From IMG/VR virus record IMGVR_UViG_3300037560_000207, positions 1 to 64,000 of that record: DNA of 64,000 nucleotides; one strand, 5' to 3'. Origin of the DNA: a virus. A program made the position numbers and the translations under genes. Positions 49,077 to 57,454 of the stretch are shown here, piece by piece (within the stretch, counting starts at the first letter, position 1; each line of letters opens with the position of its first letter). The notes under the pieces are model-generated. The model was not told the DNA's origin and searched no databases. It saw only the letters and a list, made by a program, of their open reading frames with translations.

Positions 49077-49772
49077 TTAGAATCCTACACCAGCCCTAAT
49101 AGTAGGCGGTCGTCTGTAATTGATGGCTTCGATAAAGACAAGACGCCATTCTCTATATAGGGAATACACTTCTCTGTAGTATCTCCCTCCGGTGATTGAT
49201 TGATGATACATAGCTTTACAATAGTCATATGCACGCAATTGAGATTTGTTAAGTTTAGAAATATTGGCCTTTGTTCTCTCAAGAACCGTATGCCAGTGGA
49301 TAACTTTATCTCTAGCGGTATCCCACCATTCCTGCGGGCTTGGTTCTCCTTTGGGATGATTTGCTAGACCCTCAAAAAATGACGCAGTGTATTCGCACAG
49401 ATCACCAAATAATAAATCATCTGGATTAACATTTCCGAAACAGTCTTCTAGGATCATTTGAGTTTTATTAGTTGCGGATAAACGTTTCTTTGAATTCTTA
49501 ATAGCTGTTACAGATTTGAGAGGTTTACAAAAGGAAGCGGGCATTTCCCTTAGAACCCCCAATCCTCGACGCCTTCTTCCTATGGTACTTGTGTCCCATA
49601 GATGGCCGAAACTATCATACAATTTTTGACTGATGTCTTTATCTGATAAACCATTCTTAGACATGTGTTCAAGAGCAAGCATCGCTCCTTTGTTGTTACT
49701 TAAATTCTTTTTGTTCATAACCATTTCCTCCAAGCAAGCTAACCAAAGATTTATACGATCCATCGCTACCAC
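49077..49772 (-). CDS. HTH-domain protein sharing its N-terminus with 35673..36599
   Basis: LSDKDISQKLYDSFGHLWDTSTIGRRRRGLGV. Confidence 0.65.
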   Translation of the reverse strand: MVAMDRINLWLACLEEMVMNKKNLSNNKGAMLALEHMSKNGLSDKDISQKLYDSFGHLWDTSTIGRRRRGLGVLREMPASFCKPLKSVTAIKNSKKRLSATNKTQMILEDCFGNVNPDDLLFGDLCEYTASFFEGLANHPKGEPSPQEWWDTARDKVIHWHTVLERTKANISKLNKSQLRAYDYCKAMYHQSITGGRYYREVYSLYREWRLVFIEAINYRRPPTIRAGVGF

Positions 49773-49846
49773 GTAAGAGCAAGACGCAAAAGTTAGGTAC
49801 CATAACTGTGCGAAGCTCTGAGAGCAGCCCTCTTGGCTGCTATCTT

Positions 49847-49876
49847 ATGATACGTCTAACTCCTCCATTTATTGCA
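49847..49876 (-). promoter_or_regulatory. Phage promoter class A
   Basis: TGCAAT-N16-CGTATCAT plus leader hairpin. Confidence 0.6.
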
Positions 49877-50207
49877 GGCCCTCCGATTTTTTTTGGCTTT
49901 TTTGTGGGGTAATAACGCGATTGATTTAGGGGTTGAAAAAGGGGTGTACCCCAAAAGGTGGGTGTTAAGGAGAGAAAAAGTGTACATGAAAAGTTGTAGG
50001 TAATGTGAAAAATGAGCCGGGTATGCCTAACCCCCCGCACGGTTATTGGACCCAGATGAGTTATCGGACCGTTTATAAAACGGGCCGCGCCCCTGTTTTG
50101 TCCTATAAACAGATACCCACGCCTACAAAGTTATCGGACTATTCTTGCTCGACTAGCAAGGAAAGTTATCGGACATAAAAAAGATTTTATTTTACTATGT
50201 TATAGGC

Positions 50208-50236
50208 TTGCATTCTCGGGGGCGGTATGCTACAAT
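50208..50236 (+). promoter_or_regulatory. sigma70-type promoter for plus-strand small genes
   Basis: TTGCAT-N17-TACAAT with TG extension. Confidence 0.7.
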
Positions 50237-50254
50237 ACAGGTAGAAAGAGAGGC

Positions 50255-50431
50255 ATGGAAACGATGAATTACCAGACTCTAATCACAAATGCAATGGGTT
50301 GGCTAGCCGATGATCCTATCAGAATTGCATGGATTATCGGAATCGTTGTGGTGCTCGGAGCGGTAAACGGTATTTATCGGTCGCTCGGACATTGTAGGAA
50401 TATCGGACATAGTGGGCGACGTATCCTATAA
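50255..50431 (+). CDS. small membrane protein
   Basis: Manual ORF METMNYQTL...IAWIIGIVVVLGAV...; GAGG RBS. Confidence 0.55.
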   Translation: METMNYQTLITNAMGWLADDPIRIAWIIGIVVVLGAVNGIYRSLGHCRNIGHSGRRIL

Positions 50432-50525
50432 CGATAGGGGTAATAACGATGTTTTGGTATCGGATTATCTGGTGTGCGGTGGTAATCACAGTTATCGGTA
50501 TGTGGTAGGTTATCGGAGGGACAAA

Positions 50526-50612
50526 ATGACCATCATTATCGGATGTGTGGTTTTAGTGATTATAGGAGCCCTTGCGATATGGGGCGTGTTTAACGACATT
50601 ACCGGACTATAA
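50526..50612 (+). CDS. 28-aa membrane peptide
   Basis: GGAGGG RBS, MTIIIGCVVLVIIGALAIWGV. Confidence 0.45.
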   Translation: MTIIIGCVVLVIIGALAIWGVFNDITGL

Positions 50613-50626
50613 CAGGAGCGGTAACT

Positions 50627-50887
50627 ATGTTCGGAAACGCTACAATCGACATACCAGGAAACGGAGTTATCGGACCAACACACATGGAAGGATTATCGGA
50701 CCAACTTGCGTTGTGTATGGGACGTATCGCAGCGATGACGTTACCGGATGCCTTCATTACAGTTATACTTGAAGGCGGAATATTGGTAGTTATCGGATGT
50801 GATAAGTTCAACGGCGAGATTGTTATCAGACGTTGTAGTGGTTATCGGGAATATGCCAATAACATAGTAGGAGGGCCTATAATATAA
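50627..50887 (+). CDS. hypothetical protein
   Basis: AGGAG RBS. Confidence 0.6.
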   Translation: MFGNATIDIPGNGVIGPTHMEGLSDQLALCMGRIAAMTLPDAFITVILEGGILVVIGCDKFNGEIVIRRCSGYREYANNIVGGPII

Positions 50888-51234
50888 TGGGACCACTAGA
50901 AGTTATAGGACCGTATGCTGGTACTGTAATAACTACCAGAAAGACGGACGTTCCCGCGACCAATAACCCACCCAATGGTACTTCTATACTTATCGGACTA
51001 CTCATGCTCCCGTTGGGGTTATTAGCCCTTGTATTTATAGGACTATACGTGTGGGCATACCGATTTCCTTTGTGTCTTATTGGACTAATCGTTATCGGAC
51101 TATGGGCGTGTGCCCATTTTGGGTCCAATAAACCACTAATAAGGTGGCATAGAAAGAACAGATTATCAGACGAGCAACGTGCTAGAATCGAGCGCAGATT
51201 ATCAGACATCGAACGACAGCCGGGGCTGCAATAG
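50887..51234 (+). CDS. two-TM membrane protein
   Basis: AGGAGG RBS; hydrophobic hairpin. Confidence 0.6.
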   Translation: MGPLEVIGPYAGTVITTRKTDVPATNNPPNGTSILIGLLMLPLGLLALVFIGLYVWAYRFPLCLIGLIVIGLWACAHFGSNKPLIRWHRKNRLSDEQRARIERRLSDIERQPGLQ

Positions 51235-51290
51235 TCTGATAATAGTAAAGGCTAGTTTAGTGTGTCGAAGTCATACATAGGGGAATTACG

Positions 51291-51647
51291 ATGAGAAACG
51301 TAGTTATAGGACAGACCGGACGGATTCCATTATCAGACGATGCGATCATGCGTAAACTGTCGCATAGACGAACGGTCCGATATCAGTACGCAAAGGCAAA
51401 GCACGGGTGGATAGCATGGGTTTGCGGACCTTTTCATTCCCGGACCTACGGAGCGTGCGCGTTTGGGACCGATAAAAGAAGGAGTAGAGTCTCGCTTCAA
51501 AGGCGGTTGGCTAATAATTATCGGTATCTAGGTCTTATGCTACACTCGGACGTGGACGATGCAGATAACGTGGGCAACGTGGACGATAGGTTATTGGACG
51601 TGGGCGTGGTCAATAGGGCGATAACTGAAGGCGTTTGTCGCCTGTAG
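51291..51647 (+). CDS. hypothetical protein
   Basis: GGGG RBS; 118 aa. Confidence 0.6.
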   Translation: MRNVVIGQTGRIPLSDDAIMRKLSHRRTVRYQYAKAKHGWIAWVCGPFHSRTYGACAFGTDKRRSRVSLQRRLANNYRYLGLMLHSDVDDADNVGNVDDRLLDVGVVNRAITEGVCRL

Positions 51648-51856
51648 ATTATTGGACACAAAACAGGAGAAAACTTATGGGACTAACGGTGAAAGAATTA
51701 AGAACCGCTTTAAGGGAGTTAGCAGACGATTGCCAAGTTATATTATCGGTCGAGGATGATAATCCACCAGTACCGATAATCCACGAGACGGAGGCAATCG
51801 GCGCAATTGTCGGTCCTGGGGTAATCAAGATTCTCGGAACAATGCACTACCGCTAA
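51635..51856 (+). CDS. hypothetical protein (start probably MGLTVKEL)
   Basis: AGGAG RBS; TVKEL...L...DD.QV pattern common in phage small proteins. Confidence 0.55.
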   Translation: MSPVDYWTQNRRKLMGLTVKELRTALRELADDCQVILSVEDDNPPVPIIHETEAIGAIVGPGVIKILGTMHYR

Positions 51857-51868
51857 TATCTAGGAATC

Positions 51869-51891
51869 GGCCCGATTTTATCGGGCCTTTT
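51869..51891 (+). terminator. Rho-independent terminator
   Basis: GGCCCGAT-TTT-ATCGGGCC-TTTT; stem contains a TTATCGG copy. Confidence 0.7.
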
Positions 51892-52082
51892 CCATGCGCA
51901 TCTCGTAACATTATCGGACCATCACTTTTGCGTCTTGCTTTCATTATCGGACAGGACTGCATTATAGGTCTTGTCTGGAAACTAACTTACCCTGTCTGTA
52001 ATATTGTGGATGTTATTCGACAGTAGTGATAATATCGTTATTTTTATAGGAACAAAAAATGGTTATCGGAGTATAATAAGTT

Positions 52083-52616
52083 ATGGGAACTACCTACGCA
52101 CTACCAGTTATTGGACGAAACTACGAGTTATCGGCTATCGTGGACGTGGAGGATTATCGGACACTTAAGTTATGGGAATATAGGTGGTATAGAGTTATCG
52201 GAACCAGCGGTATCACTTATGCTCAGACCAATATAAACGGTAAAATGATTACCCTCCATCGCTTAATTATGGGAACTACGGATCGGCCAAGGTCCGTATG
52301 TGTAGATCATATTGATAGAAACGGACTTAATTGTTCTCGGACTAATATGCGTATAACCGATAATACAGGCAATCAAAGAAACGCTCGTAAACATTTATCG
52401 GCCAATCCCACAAGTTCCTATAAAGGTGTCCGACATATGGGTCCAAAATATCGGACCAAACCTTGGCGCGCAGAAATTACATTATCGGATAGCCAACCAC
52501 AACACATTGGAACTTATCGGACTCAAGAAGACGCAGCAAAGGCTTATAATAAAGCGGCCATAAAATTATTTGGACCTATGGCACGATTGAATGTTATTAG
52601 ACCCAAATCCACCTAA
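52083..52616 (+). CDS. HNH-AP2 homing endonuclease
   Basis: LHRLIM...VDHIDRNGLNCSRTNMR; AP2 SSYKGV...WRAEI...IGTY.T.EDAAKAYN.AA..LFG..ARLN. Confidence 0.9.
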   Translation: MGTTYALPVIGRNYELSAIVDVEDYRTLKLWEYRWYRVIGTSGITYAQTNINGKMITLHRLIMGTTDRPRSVCVDHIDRNGLNCSRTNMRITDNTGNQRNARKHLSANPTSSYKGVRHMGPKYRTKPWRAEITLSDSQPQHIGTYRTQEDAAKAYNKAAIKLFGPMARLNVIRPKST

Positions 52617-52809
52617 AAAACATATCGGACTGTGTTTTTGTCCAGTAATATCGTTATTCTTACCTAAAAAATACGGTTATTTTCAACCTAGCATAATATA
52701 TCCTATCGGACTTTAGTAAACGGACGTAATTATTATCGGCTAGGACGTTATTTGCCGATAAAAACACGATTGGCGCGCCAAAAACACCTAAAAAAAACCT
52801 ATATAATGT

Positions 52810-52838
52810 TTGACCTATTGTATAACTACCCCTATAGT
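52810..52838 (+). promoter_or_regulatory. sigma70-type promoter upstream of structured region
   Basis: TTGACC-N17-TATAGT. Confidence 0.6.
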
Positions 52839-52869
52839 ATAGTGTAGGATAAGAAACCATAGGGTTATA

Positions 52870-53160
52870 AGACAGTGTGATAACGGGGAAGCGCCCTACC
52901 GGAAGCGGAGTCTCAAATCCGATAGTCTTGGGAACGTCCCACCGAGATTGTGGGTGAGCGTCCGACAGAGTGTTTGCTCGGGGCGCGAGCCCCGGTATAG
53001 GACGTTTCTCCGTTATCATTCCGACGTGACTATCATAGTCACCGATAATAAGTGATCTACGCAATGTAGGTCCGAATAATGATTCCGAGATTCACTACTT
53101 GCTCGTCCTATAATCGGGACGGAGTAGTCTCGGTATGGGACGGGCAATAACTCTTCTTGC
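52870..53160 (+). ncRNA. candidate structured RNA / long 5' leader
   Basis: 15-bp closing stem GATAACGGGGAAGCG/CGTTTCTCCGTTATC, GCGA and GCAA tetraloop hairpins, further nested stems. Confidence 0.55.
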
Positions 53161-53172
53161 AAGGAGAATTGT

Positions 53173-53520
53173 ATGCCGTCTAGTTCCACAATTGCCGAGT
53201 CTACCACAGCTAGTGGTACGGAATTCGGGTCCGCTGAATTCATCGAGAATGCTGTCTCTTATGCGGAACACAGGGCGCTCGTCAACGCCGCGTCCAAGTA
53301 CGATAACTTGGATGATGCACAAGCCGCGCTTTCTACCGTTTGGGCAGCGCTCGTTGAGCAATCCCAACAGGGTGGAGGGTTTACGCCGTCTGTCGAGTTG
53401 GGGTTCGGGTCTGATAATGCCTCGCAGATCGCGTTTGCACTTATCGGACAACGGAGTCGAGTCACCGATACCCGTAAGGCTATGGTAGCCGTCGGTAAGG
53501 CGAATACGCCGAGCACGTAG
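53173..53520 (+). CDS. 115-aa orphan protein embedded in structured region
   Basis: AAGGAG RBS 6 nt upstream; Ala/Ser-rich, helical-looking. Confidence 0.65.
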   Translation: MPSSSTIAESTTASGTEFGSAEFIENAVSYAEHRALVNAASKYDNLDDAQAALSTVWAALVEQSQQGGGFTPSVELGFGSDNASQIAFALIGQRSRVTDTRKAMVAVGKANTPST

Positions 53521-53525
53521 TATCT

Positions 53526-54086
53526 ATCGCACCGCGTCTCTAACGTCCAGTAACTCCGGTGGATGATGCCGTTAGGGACGTGGACCGATGGGTATTCTAA
53601 ATCGCTTAGTGGGTGGCACCCATATTGACGGTCAATGATCGTCTAACATAGGCACGCTGTTTGTGTCAGCGATTCCCATAACCCTTTATCACAGCGGGGA
53701 GTCCGATAAGCATCGGGTATACCCGGACGGGGTTGGTCTAGTCCGATAGTCCGCCGTAGTAGGGTCTGTCGAACGTGCAGGATGTGCGCTTCGGGTCTGA
53801 ACCGGAGAATTACGGTTATCGGTCGAAGCCAATCTTAGAAGCGACAAAACGTAGGATTCGAGAATACGAATCCAGTCTACGCCGATAATATGGGCGAGAT
53901 AAGTAACGGTCTTGTCTGCGCAATTCCCTATATGGCGCGCACGGTTCTGGTTCAGCGCCAGATAGCGCTCTGTCTAGGTATAATTGTGTTGACTATCGAA
54001 CAAGACGTTATGGGAATACGTCCGTGGTTCGGTGTAGGCAAGTTAAATCGTCGTGGGATAGGCATATCCTAATGACGGGTTTTTTT
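53526..54086 (+). ncRNA. candidate large structured RNA ending in terminator-like hairpin
   Basis: 14-bp stem 53532-53545/53570-53583, GGATTCG/CGAATCC, CTTGTCTGC/GTAGGCAAG long-range stem, GGATA-GGCA-TATCC plus U7. Confidence 0.55.
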
Positions 54087-54099
54087 GTCCCTGTCGATA

Positions 54100-54830
54100 A
54101 ACTTTTCTATGCAGATGGTCTAGTTTATTATAGCTGACAATACGCTGGGTCGGATAATAGAAAACGGCGCGGAATACACCTGTCGGGATTGGCATTGAAA
54201 CAGTAAAACGCAAACGGGTAGAATGCGTGTAGCTGTTTCCTTGTAGCCGAACGACACGACGCGGCGGCAGTAGTAAAGCTGGAGTAAACCGACTGTCCGG
54301 TCCAGTGGCGCGCTAGCCCGTCGTTATAAAGTACACAAGAAACAGTCCTATCTGTGATAAGGGTTCGTTTATTCGGATTCCGGTACACTAACTGACAGTA
54401 AAGTAACGGTAGGGCTTTGTACATAAAAAGCAGAGGTAGGGCCTACGGGCCGGGAAGTTAAATCGTATTCTCCATAGAAGAGTCGATAAAGAACATTGTT
54501 CGAGCCGTGTCGATCTTTAATAATTGGAGAATAGATTTAACGGCAAACTTGGTGGGTTAGTTTGTCAACTTTTGGAGTGTTCCCGAGAAGTTTGGATCAC
54601 CATTCGTCAGAGGAACGGGGAGCCTGCCGTACCAGTTTTGGTGGAAATTCTGGTACACTTTTTACGATGACATATCACTACGGACTGCAATCTAGCCAAT
54701 GGGAATAACGTGTTATATATTAGCCAAATCGACGAATGAGGTATAGAGCGCCGTCTGAGGGTTTGGGTTTAACCTGATCGCCTATAATAGGCGGCTCATC
54801 TATACTTTGTCGTCGGGCGTACTTAATAGA
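54100..54830 (+). ncRNA. candidate structured RNA
   Basis: 17-bp stem 54457-54474/54525-54541, GTACCAG/CTGGTAC, GACGA..GGTATAGA/TCTATACT..TCGTC; no credible ORF. Confidence 0.5.
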
Positions 54831-54963
54831 AATCGTGCGCACGGTATCTATTGGGGTATATGGCGCGCCTTGAGGGGTGAAATATATATAGAAGCCACAC
54901 TTGGCGTTGCAGCCTGTAGTGATGTGTCATTTTTTAGGGAAATCTGTAAAAGGAAAAATAAGA

Positions 54964-55134
54964 ATGAAAGAGCGTGAACTTGCATGTTGGATTGTCGGAA
55001 GTATAATGGGTTTCACCGCCCTTATGATAGGGGGGATAGGATACTATACCGCAAAGCTTGCAACCATTAAATATGAGGCGTGGATTCAAATCTCCCACGA
55101 GGTAATGAAAGCAATCACCAGTCTAACAGACTAA
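54964..55134 (+). CDS. small membrane protein
   Basis: AAGGA RBS, single TM. Confidence 0.55.
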   Translation: MKERELACWIVGSIMGFTALMIGGIGYYTAKLATIKYEAWIQISHEVMKAITSLTD

Positions 55135-55201
55135 GAAGAATAGTGATGGAATTCCGATCCACTCTTCTTTGTTGTCATACTATCTCAAAAGGGGCTGCAA
55201 A

Positions 55202-55411
55202 ATGATTCAAAAGGGAAGTACTGCAATCGTAAGAACCAGGAACGCGATCTACTCTCCGTGTCAAATTGTTCTCCTGCATGAGAACAGTGTCGCTGTGGAG
55301 TATCTTGCGGGCATGAAGAAAGACAGCAAGACAGGGAAGATGGTTGAGGATCGTCGAGTCGATACGATTCCTCGCAATCAGATTGTCAGCATGTCTGAAA
55401 GACCTTTTTAA
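55202..55411 (+). CDS. hypothetical protein
   Basis: AGGGG RBS before MIQKG. Confidence 0.6.
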   Translation: MIQKGSTAIVRTRNAIYSPCQIVLLHENSVAVEYLAGMKKDSKTGKMVEDRRVDTIPRNQIVSMSERPF

Positions 55412-55421
55412 GGAGGAAAAA

Positions 55422-55685
55422 ATGATCATTTTTCACGGTGGATGTAGTTGTGGGGTCGTTTGGAGAATAAGTCTTAATGAATATGAAATTGAATCTGGTC
55501 ACCCGGAAAGACCAAATATAATCACGGCTGGTTATTTCAGGTGGTGTCCAATTCTAAAGCAATGGACACTAATTGTATCTCACGATCGGTCGTTTACTTT
55601 TGACTTCACACAAAAAGCGTGGGCGGGTTTGTGGATGGAAAGAGAAAAGATCACGGAACACGCTTCTAACCCTAAGCAACAATAA
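55422..55685 (+). CDS. hypothetical protein
   Basis: AAGGAGG RBS. Confidence 0.65.
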   Translation: MIIFHGGCSCGVVWRISLNEYEIESGHPERPNIITAGYFRWCPILKQWTLIVSHDRSFTFDFTQKAWAGLWMEREKITEHASNPKQQ

Positions 55686-55796
55686 AAATCAAATCTTTGG
55701 GTGGTTGGCTTTTAACTCTATGCGACAAGTAATACTGTGGCAAGCCGTAAAGGATAAGCCTGGAAATCCACTCTAAGCTAATTTCATCCCTTTTAT

Positions 55797-55893
55797 GAAG
55801 GTGGTAGTTTAATTGGTAAAGCAGCCTATATCCTGATATAATCCTATCGGATCAGGGTGTAAGCAATCGCGGGTTCGAGTCCCGTCCACCTTC
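55797..55893 (+). tRNA. tRNA-like element with His-type G-1:C73 acceptor and extended anticodon arm
   Basis: GAAGGTGG/CCACCTTC 8-bp acceptor, D-loop AATTGGTA, T-arm GCGGG-TTCGAGT-CCCGT; anticodon arm ~24 nt too long. Confidence 0.7.
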
Positions 55894-55950
55894 TTCAAGA
55901 ATTCTGGTACATTTTTCTTCATAGGTCGGTATCTCAAAAGGAGAACTATA

Positions 55951-56139
55951 ATGAAACGAATAAATATTAAAGGGACTTGTGGGGTGTGTGGTGAGGAACG
56001 TGATACGTTTGTTTCTGCCAGTAATGTCGATGCTGGCCCGTGGACGTGTGAGAATTGTGCCAAAATCGTAGGTCAATACCTTGCAATGACTGGATACGTT
56101 CTGGTTCTTCCTGTGCCAAATCCCGATACTGTATATTAA
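55951..56139 (+). CDS. zinc-ribbon small protein
   Basis: CGVC...CENC; AGGAG RBS. Confidence 0.65.
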   Translation: MKRINIKGTCGVCGEERDTFVSASNVDAGPWTCENCAKIVGQYLAMTGYVLVLPVPNPDTVY

Positions 56140-56147
56140 TAGTCTAA

Positions 56148-56220
56148 GGGGACATAGCTCAATCGGTAGAGTAATCGACTCATAATCGATCGGTTAAGGG
56201 TTCAAGTCCCTTTGTCCCCA
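56148..56220 (+). tRNA. tRNA-Ile2(CAT), or Met
   Basis: Full cloverleaf; anticodon arm ATCGA-CTCATAA-TCGAT resembles lysidine tRNA-Ile2. Confidence 0.9.
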
Positions 56221-56410
56221 ATATTATAAAGATATTACCCTCCTTTCCTGGTCATGCTGTCAGATTACGATTTGACAGTGTGGCTAAATGCTCTTTGGTT
56301 TGTAAATCAGAGGGTGTCTAGCTGCACTATCTAAATGTAGTGGGGTAGTATGGGGGTTTCACACTACATCTTGTATAAAATAGCCAGACACAAAATAGGA
56401 GAATAACCAC

Positions 56411-56602
56411 GTGATTAACATGAGACACGATCAATCGGTCCAAATAACGTTCGATAACGGACAATCATTTCTATTGTGGTTTATGCAAGACGGTACAAAT
56501 TCTGTAGCAGTTGAGGATGAATCTGGTAAGGAAATAGGAAGACTTGGTGCTAATGTTCTCATAGAATTCCTATATCTTAAATCTTTGGAAAGTAAAATAT
56601 GA
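56411..56602 (+). CDS. hypothetical protein
   Basis: AGGAG RBS, GTG start. Confidence 0.6.
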   Translation: MINMRHDQSVQITFDNGQSFLLWFMQDGTNSVAVEDESGKEIGRLGANVLIEFLYLKSLESKI

Positions 56603-56784
56603 ATATAACCAAACAAGATTTGGCAGATCAAAGGAAATTGATCCAAGAGGATTTGAGGCTCATTTTGATTGATATTGATTGTGGGACATGGTATAGGGTC
56701 AATCACGTCATTATTGATAGGATCAAAATCCTTGAGGATAAACTTGATGAATTCACATCCGCCGATAATGATTTCTTCACCTAA
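56599..56784 (+). CDS. hypothetical protein
   Basis: Coupled ORF. Confidence 0.55.
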   Translation: MNITKQDLADQRKLIQEDLRLILIDIDCGTWYRVNHVIIDRIKILEDKLDEFTSADNDFFT

Positions 56785-56961
56785 TTATCACCCCAATAAA
56801 ACAACATCGTCCCAAAAATAGACTATCCGGGGTTCCCTAATAAGTATTCGGGGTTTTCTATGAATAGTCCGGGTGTGTCTCTATACCAGGTGTAAATCAA
56901 TAAAATCCTGCGTTTTTTGTAGGCGCTAGCGACTTAGTCTTATTGATTAGGGGGATGAGTA

Positions 56962-57195
56962 ATGTTAGTGGTAATAGGTAAAATTGAAGTTAAACCCAGT
57001 TTAGAACTCGATGGCACCCTCGTCGAGTTTAATGTTATGTACGATGAAACAAAGATTGGTAGTATAGGCCGATTCCCTTACGATATATGGCTGCTCAAAC
57101 TGGTGGAAAACGTATGGATTTATGAAAATTGTTTGAACGAGATATGGGAACAGTTCCGCAACCATGTAAGCTCGTCTGTCTGCTCGGCATATTAA
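56962..57195 (+). CDS. hypothetical protein
   Basis: GGGGG RBS. Confidence 0.55.
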   Translation: MLVVIGKIEVKPSLELDGTLVEFNVMYDETKIGSIGRFPYDIWLLKLVENVWIYENCLNEIWEQFRNHVSSSVCSAY

Positions 57196-57295
57196 CAGCA
57201 TTCTTTACCCCGTAAACGGGGTTTTGTCGTAAATACAAATTTTGTAGGCGCGCGCCGCATTATCTAGCGCCTCTATAGGTTGAAAGGAGAAAGAG

Positions 57296-57454
57296 ATGAC
57301 TGTAAGAGAACTAATAGAAACATTAGAAACGTACAATCCAGACTATACAGTTATTGTTGAAACTATCGTCAATAACGTGAATATTGACCACGTAAGGTGT
57401 GGTATCCTGTTCTCGGACACTCACGGAGTAGTAATCTACCCCAAAGAAAAATAA
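57296..57454 (+). CDS. hypothetical protein (MTVRELIETLE...)
   Basis: Manual ORF, AAGGAG RBS; resembles 51635..51856 N-terminus. Confidence 0.55.
   Translation: MTVRELIETLETYNPDYTVIVETIVNNVNIDHVRCGILFSDTHGVVIYPKEK

Larger units (their letters stand above)
50040..53890 (+). repeat. Dispersed oriented array of TTATCGG(AC) motif
   Basis: 29 exact TTATCGG on plus and 6 on minus counted by eye, plus many one-mismatch variants (TTATAGGAC, TTATTGGAC, TTATCAGAC, TTATGGGA). Confidence 0.95.

Noticed and set aside
52660-53516. Alternative ORFs 52660..53064(-), 53016..53243(-), 53095..53451(-), 53135..53488(+), 53259..53516(-)
   Set aside because: No RBS, compositionally odd, and overlapping the RBS-supported 53173..53520 ORF; expected in GC-rich, stop-poor DNA.
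50040-53890. CRISPR array or DnaA-box cluster
   Set aside because: Repeat is 7-9 bp with irregular spacing inside genes and no cas genes; TTATCGGAC shares only TTATC with the DnaA box TTATCCACA.
52845-54870. Group I/II intron, RNase P, SRP or cobalamin riboswitch
   Set aside because: No interrupted host gene. Only partial word matches (GATAGTCC, GAGCCGTG, GGGGAAG...AAATCC) without the required paired contexts; no GAGGAAAGTCC or SRP loop.
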